The notes below the pieces were generated by a model. The model was not told the DNA's origin. It searched no databases and saw only the letters and a list, made by a program, of their open reading frames with translations. From a virus: a stretch of DNA of 64,000 bases. The DNA lies in the IMG/VR virus record IMGVR_UViG_3300040786_000061; one strand, 5' to 3'. The stretch's first letter is position 1, and every line of letters starts with the position of its first letter. Shown here in pieces: positions 11,474 through 25,560 of this stretch. A program made the position numbers and the translations under genes.

Positions 11474-14400
11474 TGAATTTCCACCACAACGGAAATCATC
11501 ATATTGACGACCTGTCTGTCCGGTCCAGTTACATATGTTGTTCCATCACAAAATGGGTAAGTAATTGTAGATATAGTACAAGTTACACAATTAGTAACAG
11601 TTTTAATACTTGATGCTGATATTAATTGACATCCGTTTTCAACTGGACCTATAATAAACCTATTAACTAAACCATTCGCATCAAAATAATCAACCCAACT
11701 ATTTATCTCTGGTTTATTTAATGTGTCACCTGCATTCCAAATTCCTTTATAATAAAAGATAAAAGTGGAAGTATTACACTTGATACCGATACAAGAGCAA
11801 ATGCCGAAGAGCAGTTAGTAGGATTATTAGTCTCACATATCTTATATTGTATAGTATAAGAGCCTGGTGATATTCCTATTGGTACATTAATACGACCTAA
11901 AGCATCTATATTTATAGCAATGTTCGTTGTTGATAATTGTTGTAGACTTACTCCATTAGTACCAATTCCTATTGTTACTTGAGCACCGTCTAATTTATCA
12001 CCAGTGATAACACTATTAGTATAATTTGCTACATTATTAAATACCGGATAGTTATCATTATTTGCAATAATTAACTTGTTCGGTAAAACTGGAGCAACCG
12101 TTATTGTTATTTTAACAGTAAAACTAACACTACCTGCTTCATTTTCCATAGTTATTATATAATCACCTGTTGATACTGAAACACCAATTCCTGATATTAT
12201 ACCTGTTGTAGGTGATAGCAGTATTCCTGGTGGTAGAGCAATATTAGAACTAAATACACCAATAGTTCCTAAAAATAATGGATTTAGTGATATGCTTGAT
12301 CCAATAGCTAGTGTGTTTGAGTTGTGTATGATAAATTAGTAGGTGCTATTATAACATTATTAGGTATATCACACTTAATATCATTTACTATTGTTGTCTC
12401 TACTGTATCTATTCCAATATTTATATTATCTAAAAATATAAAGTCAGACTTTGAATAATCTATAGATGGTGCAGTTGCTGTTATCGGATTTTGAATACCC
12501 TTATAGATATTATCTTCTGTAAAATATTTGAAGAATGGTATCATATCAACCTCATATAATTTTATATTATCTAATATCACCATCGATGAACTTGATCCCA
12601 TAAATCCATTTCCGCTAATACTCATCATCAAATCAGTTTTATTATAAAAATATTCATACTTTTTATTTGCAATATTTTGATATTCGCTACTGTTCTCAGG
12701 TGAGGTGTTCTGCGATACATCTAATCTAAAAGAATTTTCTGTAACAATATGGTCAATATTTTCAGATATTGGTAAATATGACATTTTATTATATACTTGT
12801 TCTATTGCAGTACCTACTATTTGATTACTTATATCATAGTTTAGATTAGATAGATGTAAAATAGGAAGTGATATATCAGGTCTATTATTTTTGCAATAAT
12901 ATTCTTATAAAAGAATTTTAAAGACCAACTTTCTAAATCAACTGTACTTGTATCATCTGCCACATATAGTGTCCAGTTTCCTGTTATAGTAGAAATCAAA
13001 TCCTCCCAGAAATATGTATTAGACGTGAATGACATAGTTCCCTGTCCTATTACTTTATCCATTCCATAAAGTCCTGAATAAGGTGGTGGTTGAACACCTA
13101 ACATGCTATATGGTGATATAGAATCACCAACTGTTTGATATGAATCATTAGTATTAAACTTAGTACCTACCAATCTAAATCCTATTCCTGTTCCATACTT
13201 TTTTGAGATTTATTACACTTCCATTAGGTGATACTAAATTTATAGTTATTTTAGAAAGATCTCCTATTAAATCAACACCTACTTCAATTTCTACAATATC
13301 TGCTAGAATTATATCACTACTTATATAACCGGAATCATTTGGATATAAATTCTGTATATAGTATTCTGATGTTACTTGGTTTGGTATTGGATATTTTGAA
13401 ATGTTCCATTAGTAGCCGGAATAGATTCTATTGTATAATAGTCTGAATTCTATGTATATAGTCTGTGTTATAGTTACTATGAGTAATTACATCAAACTCT
13501 ATAACAGAATATCTATCTTTGTCCATAGTAATATTGTTATTTAGAATAACACCTGCTGATGCACCAAGAGCATACAACTCATCACCAGTAACTCCTGAGT
13601 CTAAATAAGCCTGAGTGGTCTCTAAGTCATACACATTCAATGAAACTATTGAATCAGTTCGTAATAATTCAATATCACTTGGCTTATTATATGAATAGGT
13701 CCAACCAGTTTCATCAAGGTTATCAAAAGGCTCGTTAAAACTAGAATAATCACCTATAAAATCATTAAATAATTTATACTTTGTGCCAAGTCTATAAGAA
13801 TTAACATCTAAACTAAAACTATCTCTAAAGTATGAGTTGCTTGATAATACATCATAAGTAGGATAACCATAAAGATTATTTCTACTTATTGACTTCTTTG
13901 TAAGAAGGTCATAAGACTTAAATACTTTACCTATTGTAACTGCTCTAGTTTCATCATAATTAACATCCATCCAAGAGTTAAACCTAAATATGCTGGATGA
14001 TAGTGAATTATTACCAGACTTTATCTTAGATCTATTACTATCATAGAAGTTAAAGTTTTGTATAAGACCTGTTGCGAATATTTCTCTAAATTACCTATTA
14101 TAGATAATTTTGTGGTATCAGGACTTATGCTTGTTCCGGTTATATATAATAAATCAATCTCTATTTTAGTTACTCCTAAATCATTATCTACTTTTAAAAC
14201 CAAGAACACCATTATAATAATTGAGTATTCATAGTCTTCGTCGTTGAATGTTAAGTTTATATACTCACCCGGTAGGAATTTATAATTAATAAAGGATTGT
14301 TTTGAAATGTTAATACCACATTTCCTACCTTACAGCCATCAACAGGCATAAGTCCAATTATATAAAGTGATGCTCCATATCCAGACGCGAACTTACCACC

Positions 14401-15891
14401 GTTGTATATACCATCTATCCAGTATGTATCTTCCATTTCGGTTATTACTGGATACCCTCTGAAAAGTCCATAGTTCCAAACTCCTGAAAAGTACCCATTG
14501 AAGAATGCTCCTGATAACCAAATATTCTTAGTTACTTTGATTCTATGATTATCGGAATCTCTTTCGATTCTTCTATAAGGAAATGTTGTATTAATTTCTA
14601 TTTCTATCCAACTAATATCAGACGATTCATCACTTTTATTGATAACTCTATAATAATCTTTCAGAAGTTTTCGGTTATCATTTATATCGATTGCTACTAT
14701 ATTACCAACAGAGACCTTATCTCCTTTAGTAAAGAATGATGTAGATTCTAAAGAACCTTTAATCTTTACTCTCAAGTAATATCTGAATATGTTTGTATTG
14801 ATTGATAAATATCATCAAAGTCTTTAAAGTTTTCATCACCTCTCCATCCATTGTTCCAAACACCGTTTTCCCATACACCTTCTTAAATACTCCATTTCCG
14901 AATTTTGATGTCAGACTACTAGTTCCGCTGTTTGATGCACCACTATTAAAACAGTTGAAAATGAAAATATTGCATCACTAGGTAAACTAACTAAGCCATC
15001 AGTGGTAAGTTTATTATTATACTCATGATAACCACCATATATGTTAATATCTGATATTGTTGAATAAAAATTACCACTTGAATTCGAGCCTGATATGATT
15101 AAATAGTTTTTCTCATTATTTGTATTTATACCTTTTAAACTAAACTTTTATAACCTAAAGTAGACTGTGTAAATGTATTTATTTTTTCCCAAGTTGAACT
15201 ATCTAGTGAACTTGATACATATATAGACACTTGGTCTTCTGAATTACCTTCCAATTTAGTGTAATTTAGTTCTAAGTTATATACGTCATATTCCATTAAC
15301 CTAGCAATATAGTTTGTCTCATTTATTACATTTGTACCAGATCCTAAATTAGAAAATGTAGGTGATAATATAGAAGTGTTTGAATAGTGCCAGCTATAGT
15401 TGTTGTTATTATCATAAGACCATCCATTGGGTTGTGATTCTGCTGAGGATAATCTATCTAGATATCTAAACTCAGATTGTCCATTTATAAAAAAGTCAAT
15501 CTCTTTTAAATTAGAATAAGAAATAATGCTATCTATAAAGCCACCTGTAGCTCCATATGATACTATATTATTAGAAGATCCGGTTGTTACTGGTGATATA
15601 TATGTATAGAATTCAACACCACCAACACCGTCTACATCTCTAGTATTAGATATTGCACTTTTCTTAAATGGTGCACTAAAACCTATCTCTAAAGTTGCGC
15701 CAATTGGATTTGAGCCAGTTATGCCAGTTATAATTTGATAGTTTTACCTTGTCGATAAGATATAGGATCATTTGCTACATTATAGACGTATCTAATATTA
15801 GATACCCAATTCTACTAATCCCTGCTCCTCTAAAGTCACCTAATGCACTATCTTCCCAAGCGTGAAGTTTATTCTTATCTACAAATCCCAT
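11024..15891 (-). CDS. Giant multidomain virion protein (about 1600 aa): WxxG repeats, proprotein-convertase P-like domain, putative Ig (He_PIG-like) domain, Flavobacterium-type adhesin repeat, C-terminal Hint domain
   Basis: ATG 15891 (MGFVDKNKLHAWED) follows a TTAATATATA motif. Fragments 14257-14775, 13428-13970, 12841-13173 (ITGNWTLYVADD...SWSLKF), 12308-12784, 11718-12149 and 11164-11379 are collinear. A single reading frame is inferred across indels. Confidence 0.6.
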
Positions 15892-15895
15892 TTAT

Positions 15896-15905
15896 TATAT
15901 ATTAA
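15896..15905 (-). promoter_or_regulatory. TTAATATATA putative late promoter
   Basis: Exact motif 4 nt upstream of ATG 15891. Confidence 0.45.
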
Positions 15906-15910
15906 TTTTA

Positions 15911-18900
15911 TTAAGGTACCACTACCTCTTCAATAGATAGACTACAATTTATATTACTTATAGATACCCAAAATGCGAACTTCTATTATTTCGACCATCA
16001 TAATTCTCATCAAAATGTAGTGATATACTCTCACCAGTCAGAATATTTAATGTTATGTCAAAAGGTATGCTATATGAAACACTATTTTGTATAAAGTCAT
16101 TAAATGTTGGTGATGTATTAATTATTGATAATAATATATTACTTCTTTTCCAAGTATAAGTTGATGCGTTTCTATATGTTGTGAGACCAAGTCTAAATAC
16201 GAAATAATTGACATCATCATAATTTGTTACAAAAGTATTAAAAGAGATATTACCTACAATTCTTAATGTTCTGTTTTTATCACTTATTCTGTAGAAGATA
16301 TTCTGAACCACCGCATTGGAAGTCTTTTCCCAACTATCATCATTTACAGTAAGTCCGTTGGCATTATTTGTGGACGGATGCTCCGAAGAAACAATAGATA
16401 GTGGAACTCCACTTAGTTGACCTCTTGTCTTGCCGTTTGTTTCTCTATATAATGTTATTAAACTACCACTGCTCACAAAAGTAGATACTAGTAAAGTAGG
16501 TATTGGTGTAGGTGGTGTAGGTACCGGTGGTAAGCATTTATATATAGGTAAATAATTATTCAATCCACTAACGGATGCAGGAATAACTCCTAAAGGTCCA
16601 ATAGCAACTATATATTTCTCACCAGTATTTAAATTATTTAAACTTCTATAATATGTATTATCTCCTGCAAATGTGTTATTTAAAACACCTCCTGTAAATG
16701 TGTTATATATTGTAGACCCGGCTCCAAATGTATATGTTGTATAAACATTTTGTGATACAGTAATCGCACCAGGACAGAATGTTGTAATGTCTGCTACCTC
16801 TGATATATAATTTTCAACAGTTGTTGATAATTGTAATATTATAATAATTGGTACATATACTTCATCATATCCACTATAGTTTCCTCTACTATCTCTAGCT
16901 CTTATTTTGAAGTGAATTTCATCACAAAAGTTTGTAGTATATAAATATATATCATCGGATAATGTTGAATTTATAAATAATATATTCCAATTTATGTCTC
17001 CTGATAACATGTATGATATTTCATATCCGGCAATACCATAACCTGAATATCCACCACTCCAACTCAATACAATTCTACTAGTTATGCCACCCACGCCATC
17101 AATATACTGAATTGCCGTAAGTATAGGCGTGTCTGGTACATCTGATATTATTAGATCTAAATATACTAATCCTCTACCTCCAGTATTTCTACTGATGGTA
17201 TTAATAGAAATTGGTTCTTTGTAGAATATGTTCCAAGTATGTAATGATGCTGTGTTACCTCTGGATATAAGTTTTAGTACAAAGTCATCCGTAGCGCCAC
17301 CATTTTCATTTATGTTGAAATATGATCCATTCCAGTTTCCATTTCTCCAAGTTCCATCATTCCAAAAAACATTATAAGCATTCATATAATCAGAAACTCC
17401 ATTATTCCAAACCATTCCATATGCTGGTACCTGATATAAATTTACCATTATTCCAATTAGATATATAGAAATCTCCACCTTCAAAACACCATTATTCCAT
17501 ACAGAACTTTCTTCAAAACTAAATGATGGAGTCAATTCATCTCTTAACATAAGGATTAAAGAACTTGATTTAAATAAACCATTTTCAAAGAACCACTTAC
17601 CAAACAGAGTTTTGAATCTCACCATTAGTATGGTTAAATATTCCTTTTTCCATAGTATTTTTTTAAATATAACTCGATTATTATCTCTCTTTGGATCAGT
17701 AATTCTTTTGTCTATATAATTTGGATCTTTAATATTTGTTACTATACCATTTCTCCAAAGTCCATAATAATCTGAATTAAATCCATCTTTAAATTTATTA
17801 CCAGGTGCAATACTTCCAGAAGAAGTTCCACCAAGTGCTGAAAAGTTGCACTACCAATAAATTCACCAGCAGAAAATAAACCATTTTCCCATACTCTTCC
17901 TTGAAATCTACCACCATTAAAGTTACCATACTTCCATGTAGAGTTTTCACCTATTGTGGCATTTCCGAACACACCACCATTGAAAGTACCATTATCCCAA
18001 CTGAATAACATATCTATTGTATCAACTGTTTCATACTTATATGTTGATATAAACTTACCTCCATTGAAGATACCGTCTTCCCATTTGGCTTTATTTATAA
18101 ATTCTCCGTTGTTAAATATACCACCACTCCAAGTTGCAGTATTTAATCCCTCATTACCAAAGACTCCTGAGTTAAATATACCATTTTTCCAGTGAATTTT
18201 GATGTATTATTAGAAAGTCCATAATTAGAAGATACTATTCTAGAATTTTCTACCGCAGTATAATTTATAGTTCCGTTATAAACAACTGTGTTGTCTAAAG
18301 GTATACTAGAGTCACCTATTCGTCCATTATTTACTACACCATTATAGAACTTAGGTAGTAAAATTTACCGCCATTAAGTTCACCATTTTCCCAGTCACTT
18401 TTATAAAATTCACCATTTAAAAGATACCACCTTGCCAAGAGTATCTGTTATTCGGTAAAACACCACTCTTATAATATGAGTCTATTAAATTCTCATTATA
18501 ATTTGAACTAGTAGATCCATTAAAAGTATTAGAGTCATAGAATAAACCACTATTAAAGGTACCATCTATCCAAGTGCTTTCTTTTACAAGTCCATTGGTA
18601 AATGTCATTTTATTCCAAATAGAATTATATAATATTCCATTATCCCAAGTATCACCACCTAAGTCTCTGTTGTATACAAAATGCGAATTCATATATAGAC
18701 CTTTAGATAAAATATTAAAATTTCCAGAGAATATACTATCTTTTATAACAAGAGTCTTTATTTTTCTAAGTCATTAAAATCCTTATCACTTACATCATAA
18801 GAGTCATTCTTTATTAAAGAACTCTCAATAAACAAACTTTTGAAGAATCCAGATTTAATTTTAGACCTTGTAAACTTTGCAGTGTGTAAATATCCATATC

Positions 18901-21696
18901 TATTATTTGCTCCAATTGTAAGGAATCTACCACCTGGTGTAAAACTAGTTTCGGTTAATAATATATCATTTAATCTTAATAGTCCATTATTAAAGTTTTT
19001 CTCAATTTTATATGATGATGGTAGCCTTGTAACAGAACCGGTTATATCTGCTATTAGTATTTTGATTCCTCACCTGAGTTTACACGCACTATATCCCCAA
19101 CTGCATATCCAAGTCCACCCTCTACTATACTCGCTGATATAATCTCACCATTATTTATGCTATTAACGGTGAATATTGTTGGTATACCTCCTCCACCAAA
19201 ATCATAATTAATACTAAAGGTGGTACCTACAGAATACCCAATACCCCCATTAACAATAATAGCATCTGATGCGCTTGCTAGTTCACTATAAATAGTCAAT
19301 CCACTACCGACACCATTTGTTGATGTGCTTTTGGATTACTAGAAGTTGCTACTGAATATCCATTTCCTATGGAAATGGAGCCAATACTGTTATTGATCCT
19401 ATTATTGTTGATTCTATATTTAATAGTAATCCATAACCCGTTCCAGTTAGGCTAGTTGCTGAAAAGTTCCTGATCCGTGTGATATACCTACTTGTGATAT
19501 TTCTGTTCTAGATACTTTACCACTAGTATCATAATCAACATCATTTAAGAATACTATATTACCTTCTGCTAGGTAATCTTCTTCTATCTCTCTATTATAT
19601 GTATCATATGGTACAGTTACCATTAAACTTGTTCCTGTCAGTCCTAAGTTATAAGAACTGCTATTAGGTCCTGTTAATCCTATATTATAAAATCCACCTT
19701 CATATCCTGGTATTGTTATATTTACATCATTACTGTAATTAAAATGACGACCGCTATTCCAATTTGAGTTTTCAAATACACCACTTTCGAAATCAGATTC
19801 TATTATAAAAGCAGAACTATAATCTATTATATCTGATAGATTATAATCTTGTGCTAATTCATCATTTATATCCTTAGTATTTATAAATATATCTATTGAA
19901 TATCTTCCGTCTAAACCTTTAGTAATGTTATTGTTTCCATCTACGCTATAAAAGTAATCGTTTTCTTTAGGTGTTGACGAGAATGCCGAATATTGAATAC
20001 CTCTTTTATAATATGATGATGTCCCTAAAAATCATCATATTCTGTCCAAGATCCTATTCTAAATTTCTTATCAAAGAAGTTACTTATGACTTTAGAGTTA
20101 TCTTTAAATTTTATTCCTTTATATAAAAGTGTCTTTAAATTTAAACTTCTCATAACTCCTTTTGTTTATATAGAATTTGTATACTTTAATATGATTATAG
20201 TCATAAATAGTAGTCTCACTATAGTCAAGTATCTTTATTATATTATCACTTATATAGTTTGAATTTATTATAAGTGATGTTTTATAGTGTGAATTTACTG
20301 ACTTTATATTACTAAATCTAGTGTTAGTTGCTCTTGAATTTCTTACTTCTGCATTTTCAATATTAGCATCTATAAATCTACAATTATCAAAAGTGCTTTA
20401 TTTATTATGTTACTAAAATTATTCTCTATTGCAGTAGAATCAAGGTTACCTTTCAGATGCTCTTCAACTACTATGTAATTACTTGATTGTGATCCAAGTG
20501 TTGTATTACTTAGGTTTCCATTATTTATTACCGAATTTTGAATATCAGAGTTTATTATAAAGTTGAATCCATATCCGTTATTATCTGGATTTGTTATCTT
20601 TTCATATGGTTTAGAAAAGTTTTCAGAAACTTCTGCTACATAACTCTCCTCTTGACTATATATAGAGTTAATAATACCTTTTTCCAAACAGTATTTAAAA
20701 GAGTACCTGAATTAAAAGATATCACTATTCCATTTAATTCTTTTCGTTAGATCCAAATAAACCACCATTCCAAATACCATTGAATTGTCCACCTCTAAAA
20801 TTGCTTTTAGTTATAATTGGTGGGTTATTATTCTCATGTTTAATGTTTATTTCCCAGTTTATATCATTCCATTTGTAAACAGAATCTTCTTTAAACTCTT
20901 GTACCGATGCTGTTGAGTATGATTGTGTGAAAGTTCCGTTTAATATAAGAACTTTTCCACCACTATTATCATTTGGTGATAATGCCGATGAGAAAGATCC
21001 TGACATAAACTCGGATGTTATGTTTGTCCAAGTATTGATGCCGTTCTTAACAAAGAACCCACTTCCTATAAGACCTGCACTTTCACCCCATCCTGAAATA
21101 GGATCATATCCTTGTTTAGTAAATATTATGTTATTTTTATTGTAACTAAATTTATAATCAAAGTCCTCTCAATAGTTGTTATTTGTCTATTTACTTGTAT
21201 AAAATCATTTCTATCTTTAACATAGTAAACCTTCACAAATTGGTCTATGTCTTCTACCGCATCTACGGTATCTTCATTTGCTGGTAGGTAACCAGTGAAA
21301 TCTATATCCAACACTATTCTACATTTATCTATGAATAGTACTGTATATCCATCACTACCTTTTTATACTTATCATTCTGTATAAGTAAATTGCTATCATA
21401 AGAACCATTTATAATAAAACCTTATCATTTATTTTAATCCAGTGTTGACTTCTGAATAGAATAATGTTTTGAAAATCCTGCAATTACATATTCTTCTACA
21501 TAATTAAGTAGCCTAGGACTTACTGAATTACCATATTTCAAAGTAATAAACTCATCACCTGTTGCTGATGTCCTTAATGGATCAGAACCTACTAGATTTA
21601 TATCACGACCTATTGTATTCAACTCCTCAACTGTCAACAGGTAAGGTTTGGTTATTATATTCTTTTTACTATATTTGTAGAGGAAAATGTGTGCAT
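15911..21696 (-). CDS. Giant virion structural protein (about 1900 aa) with W/F-x-x-G-x-F/W repeats and an FN3-like domain
   Basis: Many WxNG/FxGG repeats (17742-18011, 18417-18692, 20734-21006), GGxGYxxGD repeats (19054-19299), FN3-like PDTPILTA...IVLSWSGG..GIAGYEISY in 15958-17625; probable true end ...SIEEVVVP* at 15911. Confidence 0.6.
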
Positions 21697-22274
21697 TAAA
21701 TTAATGATTAACTTTTTTACTATATATAAATATATTAATAGTTCTAAACTATCTTTATAGTATTTTCTATAAACATAGAGTTAAATAAAATAAAAATATG
21801 ATAAATTACAACGATATTATTAAGAATTTAGAAATTGCATTAGAAATTGCAATGAGACCAACACTTCGTAAGAATAAAATTCTTAATTTATTAAGCAATA
21901 TAAATAAATAATAATGATAGATGAATTTGAAATAGGAATTAGGGTTGTTTGTATTAAAGAATACAATACAATTAAAATCGGTAAGCACTGTCCCATAAAA
22001 GCAGTGGTGATTTAACTTGGATACATGGTACTGATAAAGAAGGATACGGGTTTAGTGTTGAAGATGATGGACCCTGTTATGATAATTATAAACTACCACC
22101 TAATAAAATAAAAAAAGTCTATAATTTATTATTTTACTTTAGAAGAAATGAGTGAATATTTTATTTCAGAAAGTAGAGATTATAGAATTTATTTAAGGGA
22201 TGAAAAATAAAAGAAATTTTATCATAAATATATTTCAACTAGAGAAGAAAGATTAAATAAATTTTAAAATAATA

Positions 22275-23015
22275 ATGGATTTATTTGACAAGAAATTAGA
22301 CTTAAATAACATCACTTGTCACTCTGGTGGTGCATTGGTACCTCATTTGAATTAATAGGCGAAGAATTTGGTTAAAACAAAGGCATATTCATACAAGACA
22401 AAATACCACACAAGTAACAATAAAATTGAGATTAGTGATGATGATTTTACAGACGGTGTTAAAGAAATATATAAAGCAAATAAAATACTATCTCGTTACG
22501 GTATCAGTAAATATATAAACCTTCTTGCTAGAAATTGGGTACAAGTAAAGTATTCAGAAGAATTATTTGCAATAGGGTATGTTGTTAAAACTGGTGAAAG
22601 GGGATCAAAAGGATTTTATAATAAGTCTAAACTAGATGTGATTGATGGAGGTACTGGTTATGCTGTACAAATAATTCATGGTAGACTTGTTTATGTAAAA
22701 AATAAAATAGGATGGTTTAGATGGTCTTTTGTTTCTTTAAAATTTGAAGAATGTTTACCACCATCAATTACCTCACAGAACTTTGCTGGTGTTGGAACCA
22801 GAGAAATAAAACCAAATGGTATTTTAGCAATTAAAAATTATATAAACAAACATTCTTATGCTAGGTTATTTTATAAAATATGTGATAGAGTTATAATTGT
22901 AGAAATTAATGGAAATCTGCTATATAAAACTCATCACCATTATTTGCTACCAATTGAAGAAGATTTAAACCAATATGAAGTAATTAGAAAAGACATCCAT
23001 ATGCAACTTATATAA
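22275..23015 (+). CDS. SLOG-superfamily (YspA/DprA-like Rossmann fold) protein
   Basis: ITCHSGGA...LLARNWVQV...IDGGTGYAVQ...FAGVGTREI. Confidence 0.65.
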
Positions 23016-23146
23016 AAATAGATTTACGAGAACAATTATATGAGAAAAGTTTAAGAAGAACTTTGCCTAAAAAAATAATGGATGTTGTATTATCAATACC
23101 TGAAGTAAAAACTTTATTAAGAAATGAAAAATAAATAGTATATTAG

Positions 23147-23571
23147 ATGAATAAGTCAGCCGGTATAATAATTATACTCAATAAGAGTAAAGTTCTTTTA
23201 TGTCGTTCTAGCAATTCTATTCTTTCGTCAACCTATTCATTTCAAAAGGAGGTATTGAAAAGGAGAGAAGAAAATAGATGCTGCTATAAGAGAACTATTT
23301 GAAGAGACTTCAGTTGTTGTTACCAAAAGCAAATAATCAATAAAAGAGCCTATTGTCATAAACTATATAAAAAAAAGGATTTAATTACAAGAGAGTTTAT
23401 TTATATAAGGTTTATATAAATGAAATATCTGATATTATGTTAAATTCTGAAATTATACCTTTTGATAGATTGCAATTAGGTGAGGTTGATTGGGCAGGAT
23501 TTTTAACTAAAGAAGAGGCTATGCCTAAAATATTTCATAGAGTAAAACATTTACTTGATTTAATAATATAA
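23147..23571 (+). CDS. NUDIX hydrolase
   Basis: MNKSAGIII...KGGIEKG....DAAIRELFEETS (Nudix box); C-terminal EVDWAGFL. Confidence 0.85.
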
Positions 23572-23576
23572 ACTAA

Positions 23577-24384
23577 ATGAAAGAAGAATTAAACTTAAAT
23601 AATCCTATATTTGTATTCTATATAAATATCGCATCACTGTCTACAACAAGCACATTCATATATAGAAGAGGTTAGAAATTCATTTGATATATATAGTAAT
23701 ATAACACAATGGATTATATCAACAGAAACATCTCCTACCAGAATTGATTGCATTTATGATGGAAAATCTACTAATAATAAATTAGTTAGTTTAATAAAGG
23801 ATATAAATGATAGGATAGAGATTTTATCAGGTTCTAATTCATTTGAAGATTTTAAGATAAATATAAGAGATTGGAGACTGAAAGGAATATCTACTAATAA
23901 AGAATTAAGAAATTCAATAAAAGATATAAATGATAGGATAGAGATTTTATCAGGTTCTAATTCATTTGAGGATTTTAAGATAAATATAAGAGATTGGAGA
24001 CTGAAAGGAATATTACAAAATGAGGAAGATAGCGAAACAAAATATAAATTAGAAAATTCAGAATTAAAGTCAATTAATAGTCAATGGTGGGATGACTGGG
24101 ATGACTATTATGATGACGATTCTGATTATTATCATAGTAACTACTATGATGAAGAATACTCCTATTTAGAATTGGAACCTATCACAACACATCAGATTAG
24201 AACAGGTAGACGAATAGGTTGGCCAAAGTTGCCTATTTATAATTCACCTTCTGTTCAATATAGAAGAATAGATATGGATTCAATCTACTCAAAAGAACTT
24301 CTTAGAGAAAAGAAGATTAATAGCATATTAGGTATATCAGACTACTATATAAACCCAACATTAAAAGATTTTTTTAAAGAATGA
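23577..24384 (+). CDS. Hypothetical protein with an internal 41-aa duplication and an LREKKINSILGI tag
   Basis: ATG 23577; C-terminal fragment 24172-24384 in track. Confidence 0.45.
23767..24012 (+). repeat. Tandem duplication, 2 x 123 bp
   Basis: ...gatataaatgataggatagagattttatcaggttctaattcatttga(a/g)gattttaagataaatataagagattggagactgaaaggaata occurs twice with period 123. Confidence 0.95.
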
Positions 24385-24829
24385 AAGAATACTTAACTAA
24401 ACTTATCGAAAAAGAAGGAGACTTTTAGAGTGGACTTATACCACTAAAAATGGATATGAATACACTTGTAATATTAGAAGAAGTAGTGGTATTGGTAGTC
24501 TATGTGGTTATGTTAGATTAACACCTGATAGTAAACTTTATGGGGTTTCATATGATAATATTTATGATATTGTCAATGTTATTGTACACGGTGGATTAAC
24601 ATATTCAGTAGAGGTGATAAAGATGATTGGATAATTGGATTTGATTGTGCTCATTTAGGAGATTTAAATCAACATTTTTGCTTAATGATATGAACTATAA
24701 TATTATATCTCAGGAGGTTTATAGAGATATGGAATATGTTAAGACAGAGTGTGAAAACTTGTGTGAACAAATTTCAGAATTTAGTTTTACTTTTAAAGAG
24801 ACAAGATATTGAATAGTATTCTTAATTAG
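24381..24829 (+). CDS. Conserved phage hypothetical protein (CGYV...VHGGLTYS...IGFDCAH)
   Basis: LCGYVRL, VHGGLTYS and WIIGFDCAHLGD motifs; ends KRDKILNSILN*. Confidence 0.6.
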
Positions 24830-24899
24830 TCTTTTCAAGTAACTCAGGTTCTACTGTTTTCAAAAAAAGCATTTTTAGCATTCCCAGTGTATTCATCAA

Positions 24900-25520
24900 T
24901 TATTTCTGAATTTCCACCATATGGCATGAAAATGGAATTACATTTTTTGATATCATATCATATATTTTGGTAGCATTTTCTAAATCTATTTTTACATTAC
25001 TATTAGCAATTTTAACCACAGTATATCCCTTTTCTAAATAACTAGGTCCTGTTCCATTAACAGACTGTTTAGTTGCCCAAGTTATATTATAACTTCTATT
25101 ATTTTCATCTTTACAAAATAGCACTATTTCTCTTACACGATTTACATCAAGAAGACTTATCGAATATCTGCTAGGTTTTAACTTCAATGTTCCTCTCAGG
25201 TATGCTGCTGTAGTCACAACTTCAATCGATTCTACGTCTAATATATTGTTTTTTACTTCTATTTTAAAATTAACTACCGACTTTTTATAATCAAATGATG
25301 TTCTAGTTATTCCTGCAAAGTATATTTTCAATTTTGTTATTGCATCTTGGTACATTTCAAATGCTTCATCAAAATCATACTCTCCTGTATATTTACCGGT
25401 TACCATATTATCATCAACTACAATGTTAAATCCATTATCACTAAAATCATAGAAATAGTCTTTTAATTCCATTTTATATTTTGTACTCTCTGATTCGTTA
25501 AACTTTTTTAAATGTTTCAT
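24900..25520 (-). CDS. CTS-tagged hypothetical protein, paralogue A (MKHLKKFNES)
   Basis: Intact 206-aa ORF. Confidence 0.75.
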   Translation of the reverse strand: MKHLKKFNESESTKYKMELKDYFYDFSDNGFNIVVDDNMVTGKYTGEYDFDEAFEMYQDAITKLKIYFAGITRTSFDYKKSVVNFKIEVKNNILDVESIEVVTTAAYLRGTLKLKPSRYSISLLDVNRVREIVLFCKDENNRSYNITWATKQSVNGTGPSYLEKGYTVVKIANSNVKIDLENATKIYDMISKNVIPFSCHMVEIQK

Positions 25521-25560
25521 ATATTTACTAATGTATTTGGATTAATTTCAGCAACTTGCT

